From sequence record SRR20825010_1521: 51,041 bases of DNA; one strand, 5' to 3'. Positions within the stretch are counted from its first letter, which is position 1. Each line of letters begins with the position of its first letter. The notes under the pieces were generated by a model. It was not told where the DNA came from, searched no databases, and worked only from the letters and a program-made list of their open reading frames with translations. Positions 30,869-39,651 of the stretch are shown piece by piece. The translations under genes were made by a program, and so were the position numbers.

Positions 30869-30978
30869 TATTTTTGCAGTAAATATGTATATAGTAATAT
30901 TTGCATGTTTGGTATTACTTCCCTTCAGAATGAAGTAATCTTTTACAAAAGGATGGGTGTGCGCCCGTCCTTTTTTTT
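30869..30978 (+). ncRNA. Candidate cis-antisense sRNA in the susC leader (coordinates include its -7 element)
   Basis: TATTTTTG at 30869-30876, hairpin ATTACTTC/GAAGTAAT, and terminator GGAUGGGU/GCCCGUCC plus U8 whose G-U pairs form only on the plus strand. Confidence 0.5.
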
Positions 30979-31045
30979 GTCAATTTCTAGGGTTTATTTT
31001 TAATCTTTTTTCTTTTAACATGGTTATTGCTGTTTTGAGTTATTT

Positions 31046-31087
31046 TGGTAAACCAAATTGGTTTACCAGTTTGGTTTACCAAATATA
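31046..31087 (-). promoter_or_regulatory. GntR operator (3 boxes) overlapping the -7 element of the susC promoter
   Basis: TGGTAAACCA at 31046, TGGTTTACCA at 31059 and 31072 (13-bp period), CAAATATA at 31080-31087. Confidence 0.88.
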
Positions 31088-31195
31088 TGTTATTAATTTG
31101 TTAATTAAAAATTTAATTACAAATTTTGTTTGTTAAATTTTTATTTCTGCTAATTTGAGGTTATAAAAATTAGCAAATTCGTATTTATTTGTATT

Positions 31196-31948
31196 TTATG
31201 AAAAGGCAAGTCCACCGTTAATATCAATGTTTGCCCCTGTAATAAAGGAAGTTTCGGAAGATGCCAAGCAGGCTACCGTATTTGCAATTTCCTCTGCAGA
31301 TCCTTCCCTACGAAGTGGGGTCATTCCCGCGACTTTCTCCCTAACCTCATCCGTGGTGAAGGTATCGTGAAAGGTAGTGGCGATCATACCGGGACAAAGG
31401 GCATTTACTCGAATATTTTTTGGGCCTACCTCTTTGGCCAGACCTCGAGTAAAAGTCATTATGGCTCCTTTGGAGGTTGCGTAAGCTATAGATCCTCCGC
31501 CCCCGCCATCCCTACCGGCCTGGGAGGCTATATTTACTATGGAAGCCCCAGATTTCATATGGGGCAGGACAGCTTGGGTTACCAAGAAGGTAGAATTGAG
31601 ATTTAATTTTATCACCCTGTCAAAAAAGGCTTCATCCATTTCAGCTATGGTCTTTCTGGCAACCAGGCCACCGGCGTTGTTTACCAAAATGTCTATAGCA
31701 TCTCCATAACTGCTAACCGCTTCCTTTACGAGTCTATCTACTTCAGATTTTTTGGTCACATCGGCCTTAACGATTATGGCTTCCCCGCCGTCCGATTTAA
31801 TTGCATTTAGAGTTTCTTTGGCGTTTGCTTCATTGCTAAAGTAATTAACTACGACCTTGGCACCTTCCTTGGCCAATTTAATGGAAATGGCTTTTCCAAT
31901 ATCTCTGGTTCCACCAGTTACAATGGCTATTTTTCCTTTTAAATTCAT
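31196..31948 (-). CDS. SDR oxidoreductase (second DEH(U) reductase-like enzyme)
   Basis: TGGTRDIG, NNAGGL, GGGGGSIAYATSKG and PGMIATTFH motifs. Confidence 0.85.
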   Translation of the reverse strand: MNLKGKIAIVTGGTRDIGKAISIKLAKEGAKVVVNYFSNEANAKETLNAIKSDGGEAIIVKADVTKKSEVDRLVKEAVSSYGDAIDILVNNAGGLVARKTIAEMDEAFFDRVIKLNLNSTFLVTQAVLPHMKSGASIVNIASQAGRDGGGGGSIAYATSKGAIMTFTRGLAKEVGPKNIRVNALCPGMIATTFHDTFTTDEVREKVAGMTPLRREGSAEEIANTVACLASSETSFITGANIDINGGLAFS

Positions 31949-31996
31949 ATATATTGTTTATGATACTAAGTCTTCCCCAAAAGGGATTTATTTCTA

Positions 31997-32374
31997 TTAT
32001 GATTGTTTATCTCCAAAATAAGATACTCCACCACCACTTAAGAAATCTTCCCGTACTGGACTAAATGTGTCAATTAGTATCCCTTCTTCCAAACAAACTG
32101 CACTATGCATTAGATTGGGTTCAATATAAACTCCATCTCCTGCTTCTACAATTTTCTTTTCTCCGTTAATTTCAAATTCAAATTTACCTGAAGCGCAATA
32201 GGTAGCTTGCGTGTGAAAATGTTGATGTGGGGAACCTAATGCTCCTTTCTCAAATTTCACTTTGACCATCATGATTTGGTTATCGTATCCCAAAAACTGT
32301 CTTGAAACTCCGCCTCCAAGTTTTTCCCATTTCATGTCTTTTGTGGTGATGTACTTTTCACTAAATCGTTTCAT
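31997..32374 (-). CDS. kdgF: Cupin KdgF (unsaturated uronate linearisation)
   Basis: PHQHFHTQ, H.AVCLEEG and DTFSPVREDFL motifs. Confidence 0.9.
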   Translation of the reverse strand: MKRFSEKYITTKDMKWEKLGGGVSRQFLGYDNQIMMVKVKFEKGALGSPHQHFHTQATYCASGKFEFEINGEKKIVEAGDGVYIEPNLMHSAVCLEEGILIDTFSPVREDFLSGGGVSYFGDKQS

Positions 32375-32445
32375 TTTTTTTTGATTTTAATTAGTCTTTA
32401 CTCTTTTTTAATAACGATCAACTCTTTTATATGAATCAAATCGAT

Positions 32446-34500
32446 TTACTTTGGGGGTGTGCCCTGACCAACGGTTGCTTCCCTAAACCATACTTCCGTA
32501 TAACATCCGTTTTCGTATTGTTTGGCGATATCACCTCCATAGGTTTCGGCACCTGAAAACCAAACCATGTTGGTTTCTGGACTTTTTCCATTGGTCTGGT
32601 TATATGCGCCCTGTTTAAAATAATTCAATTCTCCACTATAGGCAGTGGCACGTTCAACGTCGTCTTGCCCTATGGGGGCGAATAAATACTTCATCTGTTC
32701 TGGGAAGTCCGACTTTTTTACATATTCTGATGCAATCAGATTTTTGGTAAATGTTTTGGTTTCGTGATTTTCACTTTTGAAGGTTAGATACATGATTCCT
32801 TTATAAACATTTACTTCATAACTAAATTCTTCACCTAATTCAATGCCATTTTTAGGTTCAGCAGGAAAGTCGTTTTTGCCTTTCCCAATGACGGACATAT
32901 CGTTCCCCCATACGGCATAGGAATGTTCCCACCGGCCTGAATTATCATCACCTGCTGGATTGATTTCATAATTCCAAAAAACGGAACCCTTGTTGTGACC
33001 AGGAAACTTCTTGTAGAATATTTTTAGTGGTTCATTTTCATGTCCCTCACCGCTGTGAATTTGCCCGACAACAGTGGAATAAGAGGCAGCAACTCTGGCA
33101 TCGCCAGAAATGGAGACCTGCATTACCTTGCAGGTGCCTGTTAATTTGCCACCTTCTTCAGGGAGCCATTCTCTTTTTTCGTGTAGCTCGGTTCTTGTGT
33201 TACTGGAGTTTTTTGAGGTGACACCAGAATTGGGAGTTTTGTAGACTACCCAACGCCTTGTACCGTCTATTACGGTGTAGAAATAATCTTTGTGTTCGAA
33301 CTGTGTGATATCTTCCACCTCCTTACCGTCACCCAGCAATATTTTAAATTTATCCATAAATGGAATCACCTCATTGGGATAGACCGTTTTAGTACTTAGG
33401 CCATCATTTGCTTCGAAATAACCTGTATTTGAAATGGCATCATCGCTGATTGTAATATCCGCTGATTTAAACCATACCTCAGCGTAATTACCATCTGCAT
33501 ATTGTTTTTGTAAATCACCACCATGGGTTTCGGCACCAGAACACCAAACTTTATTGATTTTAGGGTCTTTTCCGTTGGTTTGGTTGTACGTGCCCAATTT
33601 AAAAAATAGGCCCTCGCCGGTATACGCTTCTTTGCGCTCGAGGCCATCCTGCCCAATGGGTACAAATAATTTCTTGGTTTGCTCTGGCATGTCCGAAAGA
33701 TTTGCATATTCTGAGGAAATAAGATTTTTAGTGAATTTTTTGGTTTCATGGCCTTCACTCGTGAATGTTAGATACATCATACCTTCCTTAATAACTACTT
33801 CATAAGTGAATTCTTCACCTAAAGCAATTCCGTCAACTGGTTCAGGTGGATAGGTGTTTTCATCAGTACCGACAACAGAAAAGTCAAAGCCCCATATAGG
33901 ATAGGAATAATCCCATCTTTTGGAATTATCATCACCTGCAGTATTTATTTCGTAATGCCAAAAGACAGAGCCTTTTTCATGCCCAGGAAATTTTTTATAG
34001 AAGATTTTAAGTGGTTCGTTTTCATGCCCATCTGCACTGTGAATCTGACCAACTACTACTGAATACGTTGAAGCAACGCTGGCATCGCCGGTAGTTGACA
34101 CGTTCATTACCTTTAGGGTAGCTTTCATAGTAGCTTCTGTCATTGGTGTCCACTTCTTTAATTGGGCCAATTCTGTTCTTGTGTTGTTCGAGGTACCATG
34201 GGTATTTCCTGCATTTGGAGTTTTGAATACTACCCAATCCCCTTGATTATCACTCGCAGTATAAAAGAAATTCTTGTGCTCATAGTCAATAGCTTGGCCT
34301 ACATTAGAGCCATCACCGAGGATCAAATTCCAATGTTGAAAAAATGGTATGATGTCGTTTGGAATACGACCTATAGCTGCGTTTTCAGTATCGTCTGTAG
34401 ATTTTTGTTTTTTGTTCTCGGCACAGCCAACAAATAGCAAAATGGTACTTATCATGAATAAATAATGTACGGAAGCCGAATGGAATACTTTAAAGTTCAT
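32446..34500 (-). CDS. Lipoprotein alginate lyase with two tandem PL7 domains
   Basis: Lipobox FVGC. Domain 1: RTELAQ / GQIH / FFKLGTYNQ. Domain 2: RTELHE / GQIH / YFKQGAYNQ. Confidence 0.92.
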   Translation of the reverse strand: MNFKVFHSASVHYLFMISTILLFVGCAENKKQKSTDDTENAAIGRIPNDIIPFFQHWNLILGDGSNVGQAIDYEHKNFFYTASDNQGDWVVFKTPNAGNTHGTSNNTRTELAQLKKWTPMTEATMKATLKVMNVSTTGDASVASTYSVVVGQIHSADGHENEPLKIFYKKFPGHEKGSVFWHYEINTAGDDNSKRWDYSYPIWGFDFSVVGTDENTYPPEPVDGIALGEEFTYEVVIKEGMMYLTFTSEGHETKKFTKNLISSEYANLSDMPEQTKKLFVPIGQDGLERKEAYTGEGLFFKLGTYNQTNGKDPKINKVWCSGAETHGGDLQKQYADGNYAEVWFKSADITISDDAISNTGYFEANDGLSTKTVYPNEVIPFMDKFKILLGDGKEVEDITQFEHKDYFYTVIDGTRRWVVYKTPNSGVTSKNSSNTRTELHEKREWLPEEGGKLTGTCKVMQVSISGDARVAASYSTVVGQIHSGEGHENEPLKIFYKKFPGHNKGSVFWNYEINPAGDDNSGRWEHSYAVWGNDMSVIGKGKNDFPAEPKNGIELGEEFSYEVNVYKGIMYLTFKSENHETKTFTKNLIASEYVKKSDFPEQMKYLFAPIGQDDVERATAYSGELNYFKQGAYNQTNGKSPETNMVWFSGAETYGGDIAKQYENGCYTEVWFREATVGQGTPPK

Positions 34501-34665
34501 ATTATATGGGTTATGTTAACTATAAAAACCGTTTAAAGTCAAGTTTTTTGACTGTTTGGATAATTTCTTCACTATGTAAACGAAACCTACCATCAAATGG
34601 TTTTACCTGCAATTTTACGATAGCGAAAGCCACGAAAAAACAAAGCTAAAGTACATTTGTAAAAT

Positions 34666-34694
34666 TGGTTTACCAGATTGGTTTACCAAAAATA
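34666..34694 (-). promoter_or_regulatory. GntR operator (2 boxes) overlapping the -7 element upstream of the PL7 gene
   Basis: TGGTTTACCA at 34666 and 34679, CAAAAATA at 34687-34694. Confidence 0.85.
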
Positions 34695-35136
34695 CACAAA
34701 TTTATGGTACAACCAAATATTTAACATTAAATAGACTTATTTTGTCCTTAATTAATAATATTCTATCCGTGAAATTAGTAATTCGGCAAATGTGAATTTT
34801 GCTCTGAGCGCAGATAGTATAGGGGGTAACCAAAAAAGAATTTGGGATTAAGAGGTTCTTTATTCCAAAATACCGCTAAATAAGAGACCTTATAAGGTCC
34901 AATCAAATCGAAAACCCCGGTATTACATCACTTGGATAAATTGTGGCTTTTGAATCTTGATTACTAGACTTCTTAGCTGTATTAAGACAGCTATTTAATA
35001 CTTTTATAAGAGCTGATACTAATATTTTTACAATTATGGCGGCCATTTTAATTGGTTTTAATTTTTGTTTAATTCTTGTCAAGTTGAAGCATAGGGTATA
35101 ACCTTTTCAAGGTGGTATATTGCTAGGGAGATTGGT

Positions 35137-37446
35137 TTAATACATTAAGTTCATTTCTAAATTCTCCTCAACCCTTATTTCTCCGGAATTGTTGATTTCA
35201 TTGTTCTTATGTGAATTGTTTTTCGCTCCCCAAAGTAAGGCCACCAGTTTTACCGGATTGTTGTTAAAGGTATTATTGAAAATATCAACATTTACAATGC
35301 CGTGGGAGTTGATCAGAATTCCATTTTTTTCTTCTGATCCACAATTCGTGAAGGTGCTATTTGTAACCAGAAGATTTCCGCCAATGGTGGATTCGTCGTA
35401 ACCCCCGCGATAGTAGTCGATTACATTACTTTTTACATTGTTGAACTTACAATTGTTTATCGTTAGATATTCAGTGTTATAATCTCCTAGATCATTAGTT
35501 TCTTCAGAAAGTTCCAAACCATTTTCGCAATTTGATATTGAAGTATTTTCAAAAGTGATACGTTCTGCAAAGGACTCCTTATACACTTTTAAAACATAAT
35601 TAAAATCACTGATATCGCAATCGGAAACCGTTAATCTAAAATGTGTAAACATATTTTCTTTTAAACTGGCAAATGTATATTGGGAATTATTTCCTTTTAA
35701 TGTTACATTTTTTAGGTTTAAAAAGCCTTTAGGTTGAAGTTGGAATAAGGGTGAATTCTCTGCTCCCGAATAATTTAGGGTAACTTTTGATTTATCGGAG
35801 GATTGAATAGTTAACTTTTTGTTGATTATCAAGGACTGCGGGATGTCATAATTTCCTGCTTCCAGCGAAATGATATCGCCATTTTCCGCCTCATTGATTT
35901 TAAATTGAAGATTTTCTGCTGTGGCAACAACTACTGTTTTAGGTTCTTTTTCTTCTGTTTCAGATGAATACCAACTTGGGCCATATTTGGATCTGTCCAA
36001 AATATTGGGGTCTTCAAAATCCGTATTTGTGAAAGCTCCTATAGAATTGTTTTCAGCTCTGGAATTGCTGACCAAATCTTTGGATATATTTTCAAATTCG
36101 AATCCTTGGTAGGGTTCAATATCTATCTTGGAGGAAGGGATAAGGATGTTTTCTCCAATTTCTTTAATGTCAAAATTTACAGCCTTCAATCCATCATAAG
36201 GTTTGATATCCACACCTTGATTATTTATTGCGTTCCTTTTAAAGGTCACTCCATCAGCCTTATCGTGTTCAACAATTGGCAAAGCATCACCCTTTTCATT
36301 ATAAATTACGTTGTTTGCAACAATGGTCCTTATTGGTCTGGCCGAGCGAATTTCAGAGGAAGGAAGAACATCTTGCTGACTTAAATTTTGACCAACTCCG
36401 AATTGCCAGGGGGAATCACAATTGATGTAGGTATTGTATGCCACCACAACATCTGTAACCTGATTGTATCTGTTTAGGGGTGATTTTGGAATTCCGTTCA
36501 TCACGGCCAAGGCACTTCTAAAATTCTTTCCTTTTATATTATAGAAGTAATTGTTGGTTACCCAATGTCCAGTATTGATAATTCTGATACCTCCTATGTT
36601 TTCGTTCTTACCATCGCCAATGAAGTAATTGCCATCAATAGTGCAGTAATTGCCATGTCTTGTTACCAAAGAACCTTCGCTTTTATAAAAGACATTATTT
36701 CTGAACTCATTGAAGTTAGTTTTGCTGGAAATAATTTCTACTTCACCGTTGCACTCTTCAAATAAGTTATTGGCAACCCTTGTATAACTTGGGGACATAG
36801 AAGAAAAGCTGTTGCCAATTTGAATGGTCTCGCCACTGGCACCTCCCTTAGGGGGTCTTGGCCCAAAATGGTTGTTAATGATTTGATGGTAATTATTTAT
36901 GCTCTCATTGCCTTCCAAGTCTACCCTTATAGTTGGTCCACGATTTGTTTTTCCAGCAATATAACTGTTGCTCAAAGTATTGTGTCTTCCCCAGAATTGA
37001 ACCCATAGATCAGTGTCATCTCGATGCATTTTGTTAAAATCCTCAATAACGCAATTGGTAATGGTGCAGTGATTTGCTATCGTATTCTCATCTATTTTAA
37101 ATTCCAATACAGCTTCACTGCGCGAATAACCATTTCTAAAGTGCAGACCATCCACCACTAAGTATTCCCCTCCAAATTTTAGATCGGATACGCCTTCAAT
37201 AAAAACTTTTCCAGGGGTTTCGGCCTTAATTGTAATTGGCTTGTCTTCCGTGCCTTCGCCTATAAATCTAATTTGGATATCCTTCCATATACCATTGGCC
37301 ATCACAATATTATCACCTGCCTGTACATTTTTTAGGGCTTCTTCCAATTCTTGGGGAGTGCCTACTGTTTTGGTATTAAGATTGGTCTTTTCCCCACAAG
37401 CGCCGATAATAAACAAAAAGCAAAGTAATGTTACTAGTCTTGTCAT
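35137..37446 (-). CDS. PL6 alginate lyase (chondroitinase-B-like beta-helix, two domains), lipoprotein
   Basis: Lipobox IGAC; AETPGKV, NHFGPRP, GEVEIISSK, LVTRHGN and YYRGGYDESTIGG motifs. Confidence 0.92.
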   Translation of the reverse strand: MTRLVTLLCFLFIIGACGEKTNLNTKTVGTPQELEEALKNVQAGDNIVMANGIWKDIQIRFIGEGTEDKPITIKAETPGKVFIEGVSDLKFGGEYLVVDGLHFRNGYSRSEAVLEFKIDENTIANHCTITNCVIEDFNKMHRDDTDLWVQFWGRHNTLSNSYIAGKTNRGPTIRVDLEGNESINNYHQIINNHFGPRPPKGGASGETIQIGNSFSSMSPSYTRVANNLFEECNGEVEIISSKTNFNEFRNNVFYKSEGSLVTRHGNYCTIDGNYFIGDGKNENIGGIRIINTGHWVTNNYFYNIKGKNFRSALAVMNGIPKSPLNRYNQVTDVVVAYNTYINCDSPWQFGVGQNLSQQDVLPSSEIRSARPIRTIVANNVIYNEKGDALPIVEHDKADGVTFKRNAINNQGVDIKPYDGLKAVNFDIKEIGENILIPSSKIDIEPYQGFEFENISKDLVSNSRAENNSIGAFTNTDFEDPNILDRSKYGPSWYSSETEEKEPKTVVVATAENLQFKINEAENGDIISLEAGNYDIPQSLIINKKLTIQSSDKSKVTLNYSGAENSPLFQLQPKGFLNLKNVTLKGNNSQYTFASLKENMFTHFRLTVSDCDISDFNYVLKVYKESFAERITFENTSISNCENGLELSEETNDLGDYNTEYLTINNCKFNNVKSNVIDYYRGGYDESTIGGNLLVTNSTFTNCGSEEKNGILINSHGIVNVDIFNNTFNNNPVKLVALLWGAKNNSHKNNEINNSGEIRVEENLEMNLMY

Positions 37447-37483
37447 AATTAATGAATTTTATGTAGCACTTATAATTAATAAT

Positions 37484-37522
37484 TGGTTAACCAGATTGGT
37501 TAACCAAAAATACGTATATTTG
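37484..37522. promoter_or_regulatory. GntR operator with back-to-back divergent promoters
   Basis: Perfect TGGTTAACCA at 37484 and 37497. Minus-strand -7 CAAAAATA at 37505-37512; plus-strand -7 TATATTTG at 37515-37522. Confidence 0.85.
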
Positions 37523-37581
37523 TTGGACTAGCAAATTTTTAACATAAAAACTGTGTAATAATCTATAATGCAACCTGTAAA

Positions 37582-38547
37582 ATGAAGAAAAGTACAATTT
37601 ATGAAAGAAGAGATTTTGTTAAACTTGCAGCAATGGCCGGTGCTGCCATACCATTGATGGGATTTAATGAATCCATTTTTAAACCTATTTCCAAATCGAG
37701 CGGGAATCTGGAAGTGCATTTATTTTCCAAACATCTTCAGTTCCTTAACTATAAGGATATGTCGGAAGCAGCTGCAGAAATGGGTTTTAACGGATTGGAT
37801 TTGACCGTAAGACCAGAGGGGCATGTATTGCCAGATCGCGTATCTGAGGATTTGCCCAAGGCGGTGGAAGCTATGAAGAAATATGGTCTAAACCCTAGAC
37901 TGATGACCACCAACGTAATTGATGTTGATAACGAGGAACATAGATCTGTACTGGAAACGGCCAGCAAAAGAGGGTTTTCCCATTATCGAACAGCGTGGCT
38001 TAGCTATCCCGAGAATAGGGAGATTGCTGAAAGTCAGGCAATCTATGGCCAACAGTTGAAAAATTTAGAGGTTCTAAATACGCAGTTGGGTCTTATTGGC
38101 TGCTATCAAAATCATGCCGGTAATCATGTAGGGGCGCCCATTTGGGATTTGCCACCTATTCTTCAGGCCACCAAAAACACAAATATTGGTTGCCAATATG
38201 ATATAAGACATGCCGTAGTGGAAGGGGGCAGTTGTTGGGAACTGGGATTGCGATTAATTAGACCTTTTATCAAATCCATCGTAATAAAAGATTTTAAATG
38301 GGGAACCGTTAATGGACAATGGAAGCCTATCAATACGCCGCTAGGGGAGGGGATGGTAGACTTTGACCGCTACTTTTCCCTACTTAAAAAATACAATATA
38401 CACGTGCCCGTATCCCTTCACTTGGAGTATGGGCTGGGTGGTGCAGAACACGGGGCGACAAAGATTAGCATAGACAAAAAAGAAGTCTTTGCACAAATGA
38501 AAAAGGATCTAAGCTTCCTCAAGGAAGCTTGGCAAAAAGCGGAATAA
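37582..38547 (+). CDS. Tat-exported sugar phosphate isomerase/epimerase (xylose-isomerase-like TIM barrel)
   Basis: ERRDFVK Tat motif; DLTVRP.GHV, YQNH, YDIRHA, KDF, PLGEGMVDF and HLEY motifs. Confidence 0.85.
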   Translation: MKKSTIYERRDFVKLAAMAGAAIPLMGFNESIFKPISKSSGNLEVHLFSKHLQFLNYKDMSEAAAEMGFNGLDLTVRPEGHVLPDRVSEDLPKAVEAMKKYGLNPRLMTTNVIDVDNEEHRSVLETASKRGFSHYRTAWLSYPENREIAESQAIYGQQLKNLEVLNTQLGLIGCYQNHAGNHVGAPIWDLPPILQATKNTNIGCQYDIRHAVVEGGSCWELGLRLIRPFIKSIVIKDFKWGTVNGQWKPINTPLGEGMVDFDRYFSLLKKYNIHVPVSLHLEYGLGGAEHGATKISIDKKEVFAQMKKDLSFLKEAWQKAE

Positions 38548-38572
38548 ATAGGGAAAACCAAAGTATAATAAT

Positions 38573-39286
38573 ATGGACCATACAGCAGCTTCTACTATAG
38601 AGAAATTAAAAAAAGTCAGTACCGCCACCATTGCTACCTGCCTTTTTAAAAAAGGATTGAAAAAACAATTTATTCAGGATGTTAAACCCCTAAAACTGGG
38701 CAAGCCTACTATGGTAGGGGAGGCCTATACCCTGCGTTATATACCGGCCCGTGAAGATTTGAATACCATTGAAGTTTTCAAGGACCCTAAACATTTGCAA
38801 AGGGTAGCGGTAGAGGAATGTCCAAAAGGAGCTATTTTGGTTATTGATAGCAGAAAGGATGCCCGAGCTGCTTCGGCAGGTTCCATTTTGGTTACGAGAT
38901 TAATGGTAAGAGGGGTGTCGGGAATTGTCACCGATGGAGGTTTCAGGGATTCTGCAGAAATCGCCGAGTTGAATATTCCCTCATACCACAATAGACCCTC
39001 GGCACCTACCAATCTCACCCTGCACCAGGCCATTGCCATTAACGAACCCATTGGATGTGGTGATGTGGCTGTCTTTCCAGGAGATATTTTGGTAGGGGAT
39101 GATGACGGGGTTATGGTAATTCCGGCAGGAATTGCGGATGAGGTGGCCGATGAATGTATGCAGATGACCTTATTCGAGGAATATGTGATGGAAAATGTTC
39201 AAAATGGGCGATCAATAATTGGGCTATACCCTTTGGTGGATAAAAAAATTGCTGAAGAGTTTGAAGTGTGGAAAGCCAAAAAATAA
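38573..39286 (+). CDS. RraA-family enzyme (candidate keto-deoxy-glucarate dehydratase/decarboxylase or HMG-type aldolase)
   Basis: STATIATCL, G.AYTLRYIPARED, GIVTDGGFRD and VFPGDILVGDDDGV motifs. Confidence 0.85.
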   Translation: MDHTAASTIEKLKKVSTATIATCLFKKGLKKQFIQDVKPLKLGKPTMVGEAYTLRYIPAREDLNTIEVFKDPKHLQRVAVEECPKGAILVIDSRKDARAASAGSILVTRLMVRGVSGIVTDGGFRDSAEIAELNIPSYHNRPSAPTNLTLHQAIAINEPIGCGDVAVFPGDILVGDDDGVMVIPAGIADEVADECMQMTLFEEYVMENVQNGRSIIGLYPLVDKKIAEEFEVWKAKK

Positions 39287-39651
39287 ATTCTCTTCGGCTA
39301 GACCATCTATCTTTTATTAGATTCTGGCAAACTGCTATTGATGCATTATTTGTTCAAGATTTAACCTTTTTTGAAGGGACTAAGAAATTGTTTTATCTTT
39401 CTATGACATTTGGGTTTTAAAATTCACTGCCATACTATGGAAACTTCTTGTATTGCAGTAGAGGAATTGAAGGTTTTTTCTTTTTATTTAGCGCCTATAT
39501 TTTATAATTTAGGAGGTTGAAGCAGCAGCAGATTTTTTACAGGCAATGCGCAGAAGAAATTTTCTGATTAAAGTGACAAAGTTTGGGGAATCGATTTTGA
39601 CAAACCAACATTTAATGCAAGGCGATATTCATCAAATCCGAACCCATAAAA

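Noticed and set aside
34652-35136. Plus-strand TACATTTG beside the PL7 operator as the promoter of another sRNA, or a PL17 remnant in the gap
   Set aside because: The motif is expected by chance in AT-rich DNA. Only weak hairpins follow, with no clear terminator, ORF or lyase-like peptide.
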